This document shows, piece after piece, positions 49,475 to 59,484 of a DNA stretch of 64,000 nucleotides. The DNA lies in the IMG/VR virus record IMGVR_UViG_3300023297_000003; one strand, 5' to 3'. This DNA is from a virus (Duplodnaviria; Heunggongvirae; Uroviricota; Caudoviricetes). Both the position numbers and the translations under genes were made by a program. Below the pieces are notes generated by a model, which saw only the letters and a list, made by a program, of their open reading frames with translations, did no database searches and was not told where the DNA came from. How positions within the stretch are numbered: the stretch's first letter is position 1; each line of letters starts with the position of its first letter.

Positions 49475-49776
49475 ATCCTCCCAAAAGCCCCCGTTAAAGG
49501 GGTCGCCGGATGTGTCTGATAAGTTGGGGCCTTTTCAAAACTTTTCTGCCCCCTTGTCTAGTTTCAGGGTGAGAAACCGAAATCTGCGTCACCAGAGGTC
49601 AAACTTCAACCGGGGTTCTCATCTGAGGTGGGCAAGTTGGGGCTGGGTGAGGGCAAACTCGTAGCAGAGGCGGGACTTCCCCCTCTCATCCTAATCATCT
49701 CCCGCTCATCCCCGGAAACATCTGAAGGGGCATCAGCCGGGATGTCCGTGCCCACCTGGGTCTTCGTAACGGGGTA

Positions 49777-51123
49777 TCATCCCCCCTTTTTGGGGTCCGT
49801 TATGAAGCGGATTTCTAACCCGTGGATATGTTTGAATAAATCCAGGACCCCGGCAACGGGGGACTCGGGTGGCAGAGTGACAGGTGCCTCGGGAGAGACC
49901 GACTCAACCTCCTCGACCCGGTGCCTCAAGGCTATCACCTCATCGATCAAGGGGCGTATCAACCCTGCCAGCTTCTCCTCCACCAGGGATGCCAGGGTCA
50001 TCAGGTCATCGTTGGGGGCAGGGGTGGGAGCCGGGGCAGAGGTGGGAGCTTCCTCCGTCCCCTGAGCCTCCACTTGCTCAGGGTTGGTCTCATCCAGGTA
50101 CTCGGTGATGGCCATCACCGAGGTCACGTATCGTGTGCCAATGTGAAGGTGCTTGACGTGACCCGTTTTGCAGAGGGTGATCAGGTCCAACTCGGGAGCG
50201 TGCTGCTTCAGATAGGCACTGGCCTTATTAGCGTCCAGGTGTCGTGCCCATTCCCCCAACACGTCTGCCCGAACATCCACGGCAAGGGTATGGGGTAGCA
50301 TCAACCCGAAAAGCGCCCTGGATTGTGCGTACAACTGCTTGAGGTTTGGCCAGGGGAGATCCTCGGCCTGTACCTTGATCAGGACTCGTCGCAGCCAGTT
50401 CCCCTGGCATTTGTGTCGCCATGCCTTGTCCTTGAGCCAACGGGCACGGAGACGATCGATCTCGTCTCCAGCCATCTCCTTGGTAGGGAGAGAGGCACCC
50501 TTCATCAGGTCAGGCACCCGCAGCGCTGCAGCGGGATTGTCCTCTGCGAAAAGGTCCACCATGACGGTGGCATCCTTGAGGCCCTGCTTGAGATCCTCTG
50601 CGATCTTCTCCGGTTGCACGGGCAGCCCCTGGCGCACCCAGGAGATGATGCCATGTACGGATTTGGCAGAGACGGTGACCTTCGGTCCCAGGGCCGTTTG
50701 CACGGCGGCTTCGACCTCGGCTGCTTTGGGAACCCTGCCCCCGAGCATCTCCATGTGGACGTAGTCCTTGGCGGTCTCCGTAACCCTCCCCTTGGGCACC
50801 CCCTTCGACGGTTGTCGGGCCGGGGGTAGTATCCCGTGCATCCGTAGGAGGGGTTCGGCTTTGCTCCACTTCCGTGGGATGACGGCAATGGGGACGGGCT
50901 TCTCCTTCGCAGCCTTGTTGACCTCATGGTAGAGGCTGTGACTGATGATATCTCGGATGACCAGGACTGCATCGCAGTCCGAGGGGATTCCCCTGAAAGG
51001 GTCACCATCCAAATCCGAGATGTACCACCCGACCGTGAGGTCGTTCTTTTCGAGCTTCCTGGAGAGATTACCGTACACGAGGGAACGGGCACCTCCGGCG
51101 ACAAGTATCTTTTTCATGAGCAC
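49777..51123 (-). CDS. DUF2325-like N-terminal domain protein
   Basis: ILVAGG ... IPSDCDAVLVIRDIISHSL...V.KAAK. Confidence 0.65.
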   Translation of the reverse strand: MLMKKILVAGGARSLVYGNLSRKLEKNDLTVGWYISDLDGDPFRGIPSDCDAVLVIRDIISHSLYHEVNKAAKEKPVPIAVIPRKWSKAEPLLRMHGILPPARQPSKGVPKGRVTETAKDYVHMEMLGGRVPKAAEVEAAVQTALGPKVTVSAKSVHGIISWVRQGLPVQPEKIAEDLKQGLKDATVMVDLFAEDNPAAALRVPDLMKGASLPTKEMAGDEIDRLRARWLKDKAWRHKCQGNWLRRVLIKVQAEDLPWPNLKQLYAQSRALFGLMLPHTLAVDVRADVLGEWARHLDANKASAYLKQHAPELDLITLCKTGHVKHLHIGTRYVTSVMAITEYLDETNPEQVEAQGTEEAPTSAPAPTPAPNDDLMTLASLVEEKLAGLIRPLIDEVIALRHRVEEVESVSPEAPVTLPPESPVAGVLDLFKHIHGLEIRFITDPKKGG

Positions 51124-51137
51124 CTCCGTACCCTTAA

Positions 51138-51165
51138 CTACTCCAAGGGGCCGGAAGATGATCTC
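51138..51165 (-). promoter_or_regulatory. Promoter-like motif GAGATCATCT-N12-GAGTAG
   Basis: Motif followed by GGAGG and ATG. Confidence 0.75.
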
Positions 51166-51179
51166 TTAGGGGTTCGGGC

Positions 51180-52556
51180 TTACTCCCCGAACAGGTCTAG
51201 GATGAGGTTGCTCTCATCAGTTTCAGTACTCTTCTGTGAGGAGGAGGGCGCACCCCCTAAACGGGTCAGGGCGAGATCCAGATAATCTTCTTGAAGATCA
51301 ATCCCTATGTAGTCCCTGCCGAAACGCATTGTTACGACTCCCGTGGTTGCCGAACCCGAAAAAGGATCAAGTACAGTACAAGGGATAGGTTTTTCAAGGG
51401 CACAGGCACAGGAAGCCTGCCATCCAACAGTTCGTTTTTGGATTGTGTCCGTTAGGGGTGACGACGATTGTCCTCTTTTGTAACTACCCTCCCCAGCAAG
51501 TTCTCCGGGTATACCCTTGGGGATCATTTTGTCCTTGCGCCAGTCACGCCCCCCTTCCTTTTCTATCACCCGTTCCCACTGTGCCCCACAGGCCGGACAG
51601 CAACCCTTTTCGCTCGTTCCCGCTTTGATCATAGGTTCAACCAGGGCTTCCGGCCATACGGCGAAATGAGCACCTCTATAAGGCTGTGTACTGATTGTCC
51701 AAACAGAACGCCTATTTCGTTTCCCATCAGGGGTATCCTGAGCACTTACCTCACGAGATACCGTTGACCAAGCTTGACGCAACTGTCCCTGACGAGAAAT
51801 AACATCTTTAGGACGCCCAACAGGTCTCCTTAATGGTTTCATTACCGCAGGCTCTCGAAGTGCCTCATTGTCGTAGAAATACCGTTTCGATTTCGACAAC
51901 ATGAAAATGTATTCATGTTGTCGGGTGCAGCGATCCCGCACGGGTTCTGGCATGGGGTTAGGTTTACAAAAAATGATATCCTGACGTAACCACCACCCAT
52001 CCGCTTGAAGTGCAAAGGCCACCCTCCAGGGAGTGCCAACCAGATCCTTAGGCTTTAAACCAGAGGTTGTTTTGCCCCTACCAATCCCACTCTTTCCATG
52101 AAGCCCTGAGGCATGCTTACCCCCTGTTGATCCCCCCCACTTCCCGTCATTCGCATAACTGTCCCCAAGATTCAGCCACGCTGTCCCGTCTTTGCGGAGT
52201 ATCCGATGTAACTCGCGAAACACCAATATAATGTGGATGACATAGAGCGCAGGGGTCGGCTCTGCACCTAATTCCCCTAGCCATGCCCCACACTTAACAC
52301 ATGATGCGTCCTTCCACAGATGGTCACATCCGGGTTCTCCGCCCCACACCTGAGGAGGCGTTCCATAGTCACGAAGACCCCAAAAAGGAGGACTGGTGCA
52401 AATGGTGTGGACACTCTCAGCGGGTAATTGCCGAAGCGTGTCTATGACGTTAGCACCGTAGTAAAGATCCGCTTTCGGGGGGTCGTCCCCAAGAGGAGCA
52501 AATACAGTGACAGGATCCATCAGGACTCCTTTGGGGGTGTGAAGTGTTCGTGGCAC
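51180..52556 (-). CDS. Beta-class N4/N6 DNA methyltransferase
   Basis: TSPPFWGLRDY, LNLGDSY, KPNPMPE, HFA.WP, VLDPFSGSATT. Confidence 0.92.
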   Translation of the reverse strand: MPRTLHTPKGVLMDPVTVFAPLGDDPPKADLYYGANVIDTLRQLPAESVHTICTSPPFWGLRDYGTPPQVWGGEPGCDHLWKDASCVKCGAWLGELGAEPTPALYVIHIILVFRELHRILRKDGTAWLNLGDSYANDGKWGGSTGGKHASGLHGKSGIGRGKTTSGLKPKDLVGTPWRVAFALQADGWWLRQDIIFCKPNPMPEPVRDRCTRQHEYIFMLSKSKRYFYDNEALREPAVMKPLRRPVGRPKDVISRQGQLRQAWSTVSREVSAQDTPDGKRNRRSVWTISTQPYRGAHFAVWPEALVEPMIKAGTSEKGCCPACGAQWERVIEKEGGRDWRKDKMIPKGIPGELAGEGSYKRGQSSSPLTDTIQKRTVGWQASCACALEKPIPCTVLDPFSGSATTGVVTMRFGRDYIGIDLQEDYLDLALTRLGGAPSSSQKSTETDESNLILDLFGE

Positions 52557-53074
52557 CGGGCTGCGTATTCGGCCTTAGCCCCGCACTCTATCTGTTCCGT
52601 TGACTCGGTCAAACGCTGGGATCTAGTCGCCTCACCACCACACACGGTGCAGATGGCAGTGAGCTTGAGAAATTTGTCAGCCAGGGCGAGCAGTTGAGGC
52701 ATCGAGCCAAAAGGCACCCCACGGTAATCCAGATCCAACCCTGCCACAATGACCCGGATACCTCGGTCAACCATGGACTGACACACGGGCACAATGTCGG
52801 AATCGAAAAACTGAGCCTCGTCTATCCCCACAACATCCACGTGAGGTTCCCGATGAACAAGGCTAAGGATTTCCGCAGCGCACCCCACCTCCGTTGCAGG
52901 AAATTCGGATTGCACATGAGAAGCTAATCGCCCCCCTGAACGGGTGTCCGTTTGGGGCTTTACTGCTAGTGTGTGCTGTTGATCGTTCTGTGCATTTTGT
53001 AAACGGTGTATCAACTTCACCGTTTTTCCCGAAAACATGCAGCCGCAGATCAACTCTAACTGACCTAATCGCAT
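52520..53074 (-). CDS. tdk: Thymidine kinase (type II)
   Basis: GCMFSGKT, IDEAQFF, AGLD.DY...PFG, L.AIC..CG..A.RS. Confidence 0.95.
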   Translation of the reverse strand: MRLGQLELICGCMFSGKTVKLIHRLQNAQNDQQHTLAVKPQTDTRSGGRLASHVQSEFPATEVGCAAEILSLVHREPHVDVVGIDEAQFFDSDIVPVCQSMVDRGIRVIVAGLDLDYRGVPFGSMPQLLALADKFLKLTAICTVCGGEATRSQRLTESTEQIECGAKAEYAARCHEHFTPPKES

Positions 53075-53111
53075 CGACCCCTCCCGTTCCTCTTACTCTA
53101 CCCGGAAAAGG

Positions 53112-53558
53112 CTAATGAGGGTGGGCTTCCTGCATCATTAAATAAACGGAAGCAATACGATTGATGGTGCTACGGGGGTCGCAGGCAACGGGTGTGAGGA
53201 TTTTGCGTAGCTGGCGTACCTGTTGAGCGATCTCGGCAGGTGACTCCCCGTCATGGAAGTTTTCCATTGTCCCCCGAGCGAACTCGGCTACACCCTCCAA
53301 GGCATCGGTGTAAACACCGTTTGGAGTGTCCAGGGTCACGCCCTCGTCCCCGAGGGCCTCTATGGTCAGTAGATGCTTGTGAATGCAGTCGGGACAGAGC
53401 TTGTAGGGATGGAGGAGGTGGTCCTCTAACAGGACACACTGCTTCAGGATCTCTCGGACGTTGAACAGGGGGTCCATCAGTGTCAGCCGCTCTTGCTGAT
53501 ACTTGACCGCCAGCCTACGGACGGCTGCTGCATGACGGCGTGCTGCGATTCTACCCAT
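53112..53558 (-). CDS. Hypothetical protein with RLAVKY/RIASVY motifs
   Basis: KQCVLLEDHL..P..CPDCI.KH; RBS. Confidence 0.7.
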   Translation of the reverse strand: MGRIAARRHAAAVRRLAVKYQQERLTLMDPLFNVREILKQCVLLEDHLLHPYKLCPDCIHKHLLTIEALGDEGVTLDTPNGVYTDALEGVAEFARGTMENFHDGESPAEIAQQVRQLRKILTPVACDPRSTINRIASVYLMMQEAHPH

Positions 53559-53596
53559 GGAGTCGTTCCCCCTATCCGGGGTAGAGGATAGAGCAG

Positions 53597-54208
53597 CTAT
53601 TGACCTTCAAGCTTCCTGACCTTCTCGGCGTCGCTCCGTCGCATTTTCTCGTCAGCGGCGTCAACCACACGAAGCTTGGCCCTCTTTTCCCCCTTGTACC
53701 GCAGGTTCCCCTCAGGTGTCCGTTCCTTCGTGTCAGGATCGATCCGCCGTGAAGTGAGTCCCTTTGCCCCAGGCTTGACAGCTTTGACGAGCCTGGGATC
53801 GATATGGTCGATGGCGATGTCCCATTGAAGCTCTACGGACAGGCCAGCACCGATCAACATGGGGGACCCATCGGGCATGATCGTGGGGTAGGGTCTGCGA
53901 AGGAGCGTAACGCCACCATATGCCTGGAGTTCTATGTCTAGGGACTTCACAGGGATCAGCGTTTCCGGGGCCGTGAATGCCAGTCCGAACTTCACGGCGA
54001 CCCGCTTGTCACCCACACCGATCCAGGATGGCGTGACGACCATGTTCCAGGGGTGGACCACGATCCGTATGGTCTGGGAGTCGATGATACGCTGGATGGT
54101 TTCCTGTTCATCCTCTGACATCGGAACGTACAGACCGTGCGGATTTCCGCCCCCGAAAATGTTTTTATCCTTGGCCATCACACATCTCCACAAATCCGAA
54201 TGTGACAA
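53597..54208 (-). CDS. Hypothetical protein
   Basis: Operon context. Confidence 0.7.
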   Translation of the reverse strand: MSHSDLWRCVMAKDKNIFGGGNPHGLYVPMSEDEQETIQRIIDSQTIRIVVHPWNMVVTPSWIGVGDKRVAVKFGLAFTAPETLIPVKSLDIELQAYGGVTLLRRPYPTIMPDGSPMLIGAGLSVELQWDIAIDHIDPRLVKAVKPGAKGLTSRRIDPDTKERTPEGNLRYKGEKRAKLRVVDAADEKMRRSDAEKVRKLEGQ

Positions 54209-54672
54209 GCTCTAGGCTTGCCCTGCCTGACGCCCGCAAAAAACATCACGGACTGACTTGGGATGGGGAGTCTCCCCTCCACCACTTCACTACGATGGAG
54301 ATGGTAGACAACATCGTCCTCACCCCGGATAAAACCGTACCCTCGTGTGACATCAAAGGTGTCGACTTTTCCGGCGACAGGAAGGGGTGATTTCAGCCTG
54401 GTGACCGTTTTCGCCCGTGACTGCAAAGAGGACGTGTCCATTTCCACCTCTACCTCCTCCCCAAGGATCGGAGGCGGCGGAGCTTCGGCCCACTGACAGG
54501 ACAACGCACACGCTGCACATACCGGGTTGACAGTCCATTCCGTTGGCGGGTGGAACACCCGTAGATGGAAAAAGACCTCGTCGCCCGAGTCCGGTTGCAG
54601 GAAGCCATACATCCTTTCGGGGATGTACTTTGCGACCCGCATCAGAGATGTTGGTGCGGTAACCTTACTCAT
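54178..54672 (-). CDS. Tandem cold-shock/OB-fold protein with Cys-rich insert
   Basis: YGFL...FFH and GYGFI...YHLH (RNP1/RNP2 twice); CAACALSC between the domains. Confidence 0.8.
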   Translation of the reverse strand: MSKVTAPTSLMRVAKYIPERMYGFLQPDSGDEVFFHLRVFHPPTEWTVNPVCAACALSCQWAEAPPPPILGEEVEVEMDTSSLQSRAKTVTRLKSPLPVAGKVDTFDVTRGYGFIRGEDDVVYHLHRSEVVEGRLPIPSQSVMFFAGVRQGKPRACHIRICGDV

Positions 54673-54675
54673 GGA

Positions 54676-55203
54676 TCAGGCCAGGGCCTTCTCCAGAGCC
54701 TTCAGGATCTCTTTCTTGGTGTCGTCCATGGTCACATGGACCGCCAGGGCATCTGCGATCTCCAAGAGCCTCGTCTTGTTCGTCTTGGACGAGAACTCGG
54801 GAACCACGTACTCGGGCTTGGCCTCAGGGTCCGCCTCTACCTCAGGCTCCTGTTCCTCTTTGACCTCTGGCTTGGCATCCAGAGCCGCCTCGACCGCTTC
54901 CTCGTCCTCTAGGATGAGGTCGTCCACGTTCTCAGGTTCGTCTTCCAGCTTGTCCTCAGGCACCGCTTCGACCTCGGGCTCTTCCTCGGCCAATGCCGGG
55001 TCGGGTTCCGCAGGAGGCACGACCTCAGGTTCGGCCTCGATGACAGGCTCCGGCTCCACCACGGGGACCTCTACCTCGGGAAGCGCCTGGGTGGGGATAG
55101 GGATGCCCCGCTTACGGAACAGGGCCTCGGCCTCCAACTGCTCCCTTGCGTTGGCGGCGATTGAACGTCCCCGTGCAGATGGGGGTGTAAACAAATTAGA
55201 CAT
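54676..55203 (-). CDS. Acidic Pro/Glu-rich protein with C-terminal HeH/Rho_N-like motif
   Basis: NKTRLLEIADAL.V....TKKEILKAL. Confidence 0.65.
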   Translation of the reverse strand: MSNLFTPPSARGRSIAANAREQLEAEALFRKRGIPIPTQALPEVEVPVVEPEPVIEAEPEVVPPAEPDPALAEEEPEVEAVPEDKLEDEPENVDDLILEDEEAVEAALDAKPEVKEEQEPEVEADPEAKPEYVVPEFSSKTNKTRLLEIADALAVHVTMDDTKKEILKALEKALA

Positions 55204-55219
55204 GACGTCCTCCTCTTCC

Positions 55220-55947
55220 TCAAATCAGTTTGAACAAACCACCCAGGATCAATCCGAATACCCTCGAGATTTTCACCAGGAAGTCATGAGCAGCAGTTTT
55301 CTTGTCCGCCTCGGCGTTCTGGAGTTCCGCCAGTATATCACTGGACACCCGCAGATTTGCCCAGGGCATATCCGGCACCTTGTTTTTCTTCAGATCTTTG
55401 ACCACATTGATGGCCATGACGATCCCCTCGGGACCAAACTTCTCGATTGCATCGGCGGCCAACGCCAGGACTGACTTCTGCCAGCCCTTGGACTTGTCAA
55501 TGACACCGTCCAATTCGTCCGTGATCTTGTCGATGACCTTCTGTCCAAGAATAGGAAGCAACTTCTCTAGCAGCTTGTCAAAATCCATGATCAGTTACCT
55601 CTCTTCAGGCACAGTGACTCAGGCAACGGAATGACAGGCGGCTCTTTCGGGGGCCGTTTTTTCGACAACCCACCCAGGTACAATGACATCGCTTTATGCC
55701 AGGGTACCCTCGCCTGTACCGTCACGACCTTGTCCGCAGCATCCCGGCAAACATCAGTCGTAAACTGACCAGCCACGCACACACAATGCTGCTGGATGAA
55801 GATCTCCAGGGAAGCTGCAGGTTGTAGAGCCGCCTGCTCCATGAAGTCCATCTCGGTGCGGTAGACAGCCTCGTCCCGCACGAGACATGTGGAGGAGCAC
55901 CCCCACAACAGAGCCGCAGAAATCACGAAGACCACAAAAGTACGCAT
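55220..55947 (-). other. Predicted lipoprotein (55591-55947, LWGC) and hypothetical protein (55220-55588)
   Basis: Lipobox; AGGAGG RBS. Confidence 0.65.
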
Positions 55948-57185
55948 CTGACTTCCTCCTGTAAGGCACTAGGACAAAAAAGCCCAAGCACACCTATATA
56001 CACTAGACCTTTTGGTCGCCATAGCAACTGGGTTTTACTATATGACACAGGGAAGTTACTATCCCCATGTGTTCGTAAGGTTAGGCCACGCTCCTTTAAG
56101 CTCCGTACCGACCCTACAACCACTCCCCGACTACGATGTCTTGCTCGTACCAAGTCCCAATGCCGAAACCCCATACGTTCATGACATTTCTTCGTTGGGT
56201 TGTCCTCCCACACCTTAGTTCGACGGGGGATTATAGTGAACATCCTTTCCGTGATTGTCGGTCTGTATGCTCGGCACACCATCGCTACAGCATCGAGATC
56301 GTGCGCCTTGGGCAACTTTAAGGTGTCACGCCACAACTTAGTCATCCACCCACAACAAGTGTTCACAGCGAGACCGCATGAACGCAACCCTTCACGCAGG
56401 TACTTCTTTCCTGCTTGTAAATGAGCAGGGTAGAGGAACCGCTTGGGTCTGGCAGTTAGCACCCACAGCCCATCGTGAAGTTCCTTGTGGCAAGTTCTAC
56501 ACAGGGTAAGGCCGTTGCTCGGGGAGTTCCCACCACCCACACTCTTTGGCTTGATGTGATGTGCTTGGAGCCACTCAGTAGAGCTGCAACGTGTGCATTT
56601 GTAACGATCCCGCCAGAGTACCTTGGCACGGAAGTTCCGACCCTCGTATTCCGACTGTTGGAACTCTGCACCAACCAACTTCCTGCCTGCCGCCATACTG
56701 CTAATGTCAAACTGCCCCTCTTCAACAACAGCCTTGGTGATGTGAAGAACCTTCCCAAGATCTCTAATCACTCGAAGTATGCTATCCTTCTTCTGTCGAA
56801 TAGTCGGGGACAAAAAACCCTTCCTTCCTCGGTTCAGGAATCGAGCTGGGCGATGTCGGAGCTTCCGATTTCTTCTTGTTCGTCGATACGCTGCCCGTTG
56901 CGTCATCTTCCTTGTAACATCCTGACGTAACCGGACAGTACCTCGGAAAACTACTTCCTTGGTATGCTCGTTTACCATCGCTATGCCAACGTGTTTTGCC
57001 CCATCATCGATGCCAACAGTAAAAGTTCCAACAGGATTCTCAACAACACGGGCCAATTGGATTGTAAAGGGTACCACTTGGTGTACCTGGGCACGACCAG
57101 CTTGCACTAACTTTCTAGCCCGTGCCGGATGAGTGGGAAGTAACTGCTTCCCGTCAGCGTCTATCACAAAGACTTTCTGTGTCAT
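55923..57185 (-). CDS. iscB: IscB (RRXRR/PLMP + split RuvC + HNH)
   Basis: VFVID..G.QLLPTHPARARKL; GIDDG; Arg-rich bridge helix; VVEEG.FD; AHHI..G.N..NG.TLC..CH; HDLDA. Confidence 0.92.
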   Translation of the reverse strand: MTQKVFVIDADGKQLLPTHPARARKLVQAGRAQVHQVVPFTIQLARVVENPVGTFTVGIDDGAKHVGIAMVNEHTKEVVFRGTVRLRQDVTRKMTQRAAYRRTRRNRKLRHRPARFLNRGRKGFLSPTIRQKKDSILRVIRDLGKVLHITKAVVEEGQFDISSMAAGRKLVGAEFQQSEYEGRNFRAKVLWRDRYKCTRCSSTEWLQAHHIKPKSVGGGNSPSNGLTLCRTCHKELHDGLWVLTARPKRFLYPAHLQAGKKYLREGLRSCGLAVNTCCGWMTKLWRDTLKLPKAHDLDAVAMVCRAYRPTITERMFTIIPRRTKVWEDNPTKKCHERMGFRHWDLVRARHRSRGVVVGSVRSLKERGLTLRTHGDSNFPVSYSKTQLLWRPKGLVYIGVLGLFCPSALQEEVRCVLLWSS

Positions 57186-57401
57186 TTAAGACACCTCCCG
57201 AAGGGAAATTGTTGTCCTCGGCAAAGTTTCCGGGCCTCTGGTTGTATCGAAGATGTTACCAACCATTTCAGGTCTTGTTTCGTCCTTTGATACCGCTAGA
57301 GCCTGGAACTGGACACATTCCAGGGTAGCTGTCCTTAAGGACAACCCGGAGAACGTAGGAGTCTCACCCTTAGTTCCACCATTTTTATTCTGGTGGTTCA
57401 C
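57186..57401 (-). ncRNA. IscB omega-RNA (HEARO-like) scaffold; 5' boundary approximate
   Basis: CTACGTT, ACCCTGGAATG..CCAGTTCCAGGCTCT and TTGCCGAGG blocks directly upstream of iscB. Confidence 0.75.
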
Positions 57402-57484
57402 CTTAACACTCCTCCTTAGCCTCAAAGCCGCATGTCCAGTTTTGTCTACCTTTCACGAAGCTCCTGTCCGTTGTACCATACCCA

Positions 57485-58451
57485 TCAAGGTGCCTTGTAG
57501 GGGGGTGGTTTCCACCGGCCCCCACGTTGAACACCAGCCGTATTCATTACGTTTTGTAGACGGTCGGCTGCGACCACGTCATCCAGGATCATTTCCGAAG
57601 CCGCAGTCTCTGTGAGCCTGTCTAATCGGGCCTGCTCTTCCGGTAACAAACTGGGGTAAAGACGATTGTAGGAGGCTCGGGCACTGGGGATGTGCAATAG
57701 AAACTGATTGATGTAGTGGTCGCTCAGTCTCAACGGGTTGGTGACGTCGCCATCAACCCCTTTAAGCATGTTCTGCCCTACATTGTCTATCCAGAAGTCC
57801 TCTGCCATTCTAGTCCCCCATCCTGCTGACAGGATCTATAAAGGCAGATCAACGAGATTAGGAGTTGTTCCCGTGAGGATCACGAAGGATGTCGTTCCGA
57901 CCATCTGCAGTAGGATCGGCCTCAAGTCTTCCCACGATGTCGGAGGTGTTGGACTCGGGGAGAGTGACGATGATAGCCTGACCAAGTGCTGGGGCCGTTT
58001 TAACCATCCGACGTTTCGGGGTGGGCTTCGCAGTCGCCTCCTGAATCGCCTCCATCAGGGCACGTTTGCCTCTACCAAAGGGTTCAGGATCGATCCCAGC
58101 TTCCTTCGCAGCTTTCCGAAGAGCATCCAACGACGGGAGGGTGCTCGTCCAGTTCTTGTCCCCATCCGTGTTCGCCGCAACCTCCAACTGAACGATCCCG
58201 AGGGCGTCAACCTTGATGGTACAGACGCCTTTCCTGTTGGACTTCTGGGCTGCTGCTTTCGCCACCGTTTCAGTCAGGGGGTTGGCTGCCAGAGCTTCAT
58301 TGGCCTCGTCCACAACTGTTTCAAGATGTTCACGAGCAGCCAACAAACGCTGATACAAAGGACCGTCCGACCCTTCCGTTGTAGCAGCCAGTAGTGCTTC
58401 CGCCCAACGACCGTCCAGGGATTCCCTGTATGTTTTTCGATCCATCTGCAT
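57485..58451 (-). other. Two hypothetical ORFs (57858-58451, 57485-57808)
   Basis: RBSs; co-oriented. Confidence 0.65.
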
Positions 58452-58567
58452 CTCCTTTCCGGTACCTTACCTTCATCTACTCATCAGGGCGGGGAAAGGG
58501 CATTAGTTTCCCTTCCTTTCAGAAAGTTTCAAGGGATTTGGGGTAGAGTCAGAGGACGGAGGTACCA

Positions 58568-59134
58568 ATGAAACTGAAAGATCGCAGACTTTGCTTTATC
58601 GACACGGAAACAACTGGGCTCGATCCTTTTGTTCACGAGATGATCGAGTTTGCAGCAGTGTTTCAGGATGGGACCGTTGGCCAAGGGTTCAGGATCAAAC
58701 CACAGCACATAGAGACGGCCAGTCCCAAGGCTCTGGAAGTCAACGGCTACAAACCGGAGGACTGGAAAGACGCTTTAGCCCCTCTGGATGCTGCTGAGAG
58801 GATCGGCAAGTTGCTGGACAACTGCATCCTGGTGGGACACAACGTCGGCTTCGACATCGGCTTCATCAAGGCCCTCCTGAAACGGGAAGAGATCGATGCC
58901 TGGATCGACCACCGACACATCGACACCTCAGTGCTGGCCATGGAGCACCTGCCCCTCTGCGGGTTAGAGAGTGCCTCCCTTCACAACGTCTGCGTTTTCC
59001 TGGGCATCGAACCTGAGCAGGCTACACACAGGGCCGAGAACGGCGCTATCAGGGCTTTACGAGTCTACAACGCACTGTGCCGGGCTGGATGGTGGAAACG
59101 GCTGTGGTGGCGCTGGAGGAACCGGAAGGGCTAA
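58568..59134 (+). CDS. DEDDh 3'-5' exonuclease (DnaQ-like)
   Basis: IDTETTGL..EMIE, VGHNV.FD, IDT, HRA..A (third Asp appears to be Gly). Confidence 0.88.
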   Translation: MKLKDRRLCFIDTETTGLDPFVHEMIEFAAVFQDGTVGQGFRIKPQHIETASPKALEVNGYKPEDWKDALAPLDAAERIGKLLDNCILVGHNVGFDIGFIKALLKREEIDAWIDHRHIDTSVLAMEHLPLCGLESASLHNVCVFLGIEPEQATHRAENGAIRALRVYNALCRAGWWKRLWWRWRNRKG

Positions 59135-59484
59135 GAGGGGGTTGCTAACAGTGGGTTAAAACAGCCTTTAATAGGACATTAGTCCTTGCGAGGTCAAGAA
59201 TCCTTGACTTCTTTTCTCTTTCTTCTTATCGTGATTGGCGTAAGGGCGATAGCCAAGCTCTTCAAAGTGTTCTTTGGAATTTTGGATTCGGTGGTTGGTG
59301 AGAAAAGATCTCACCGTAAAATCCAAATCGTTGAGAGACTTAATGTCTTTTGCGATTGTTTTTTGACCGTCAGTTCGACGGTGACAGCCTGTGGAGAGGG
59401 GAGCGCTGGCTTGGTCCTAGATCAAGTGAAACTGTCTTCTGTGAAGCAGGAACCTAACACCAATCGGGTGTGTCCTTGATTGGG

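Noticed and set aside
49475-49776. Structured ncRNA or tRNA in the 300-bp gap
   Set aside because: Only short, weak stems; no cloverleaf or recognisable RNA motif.
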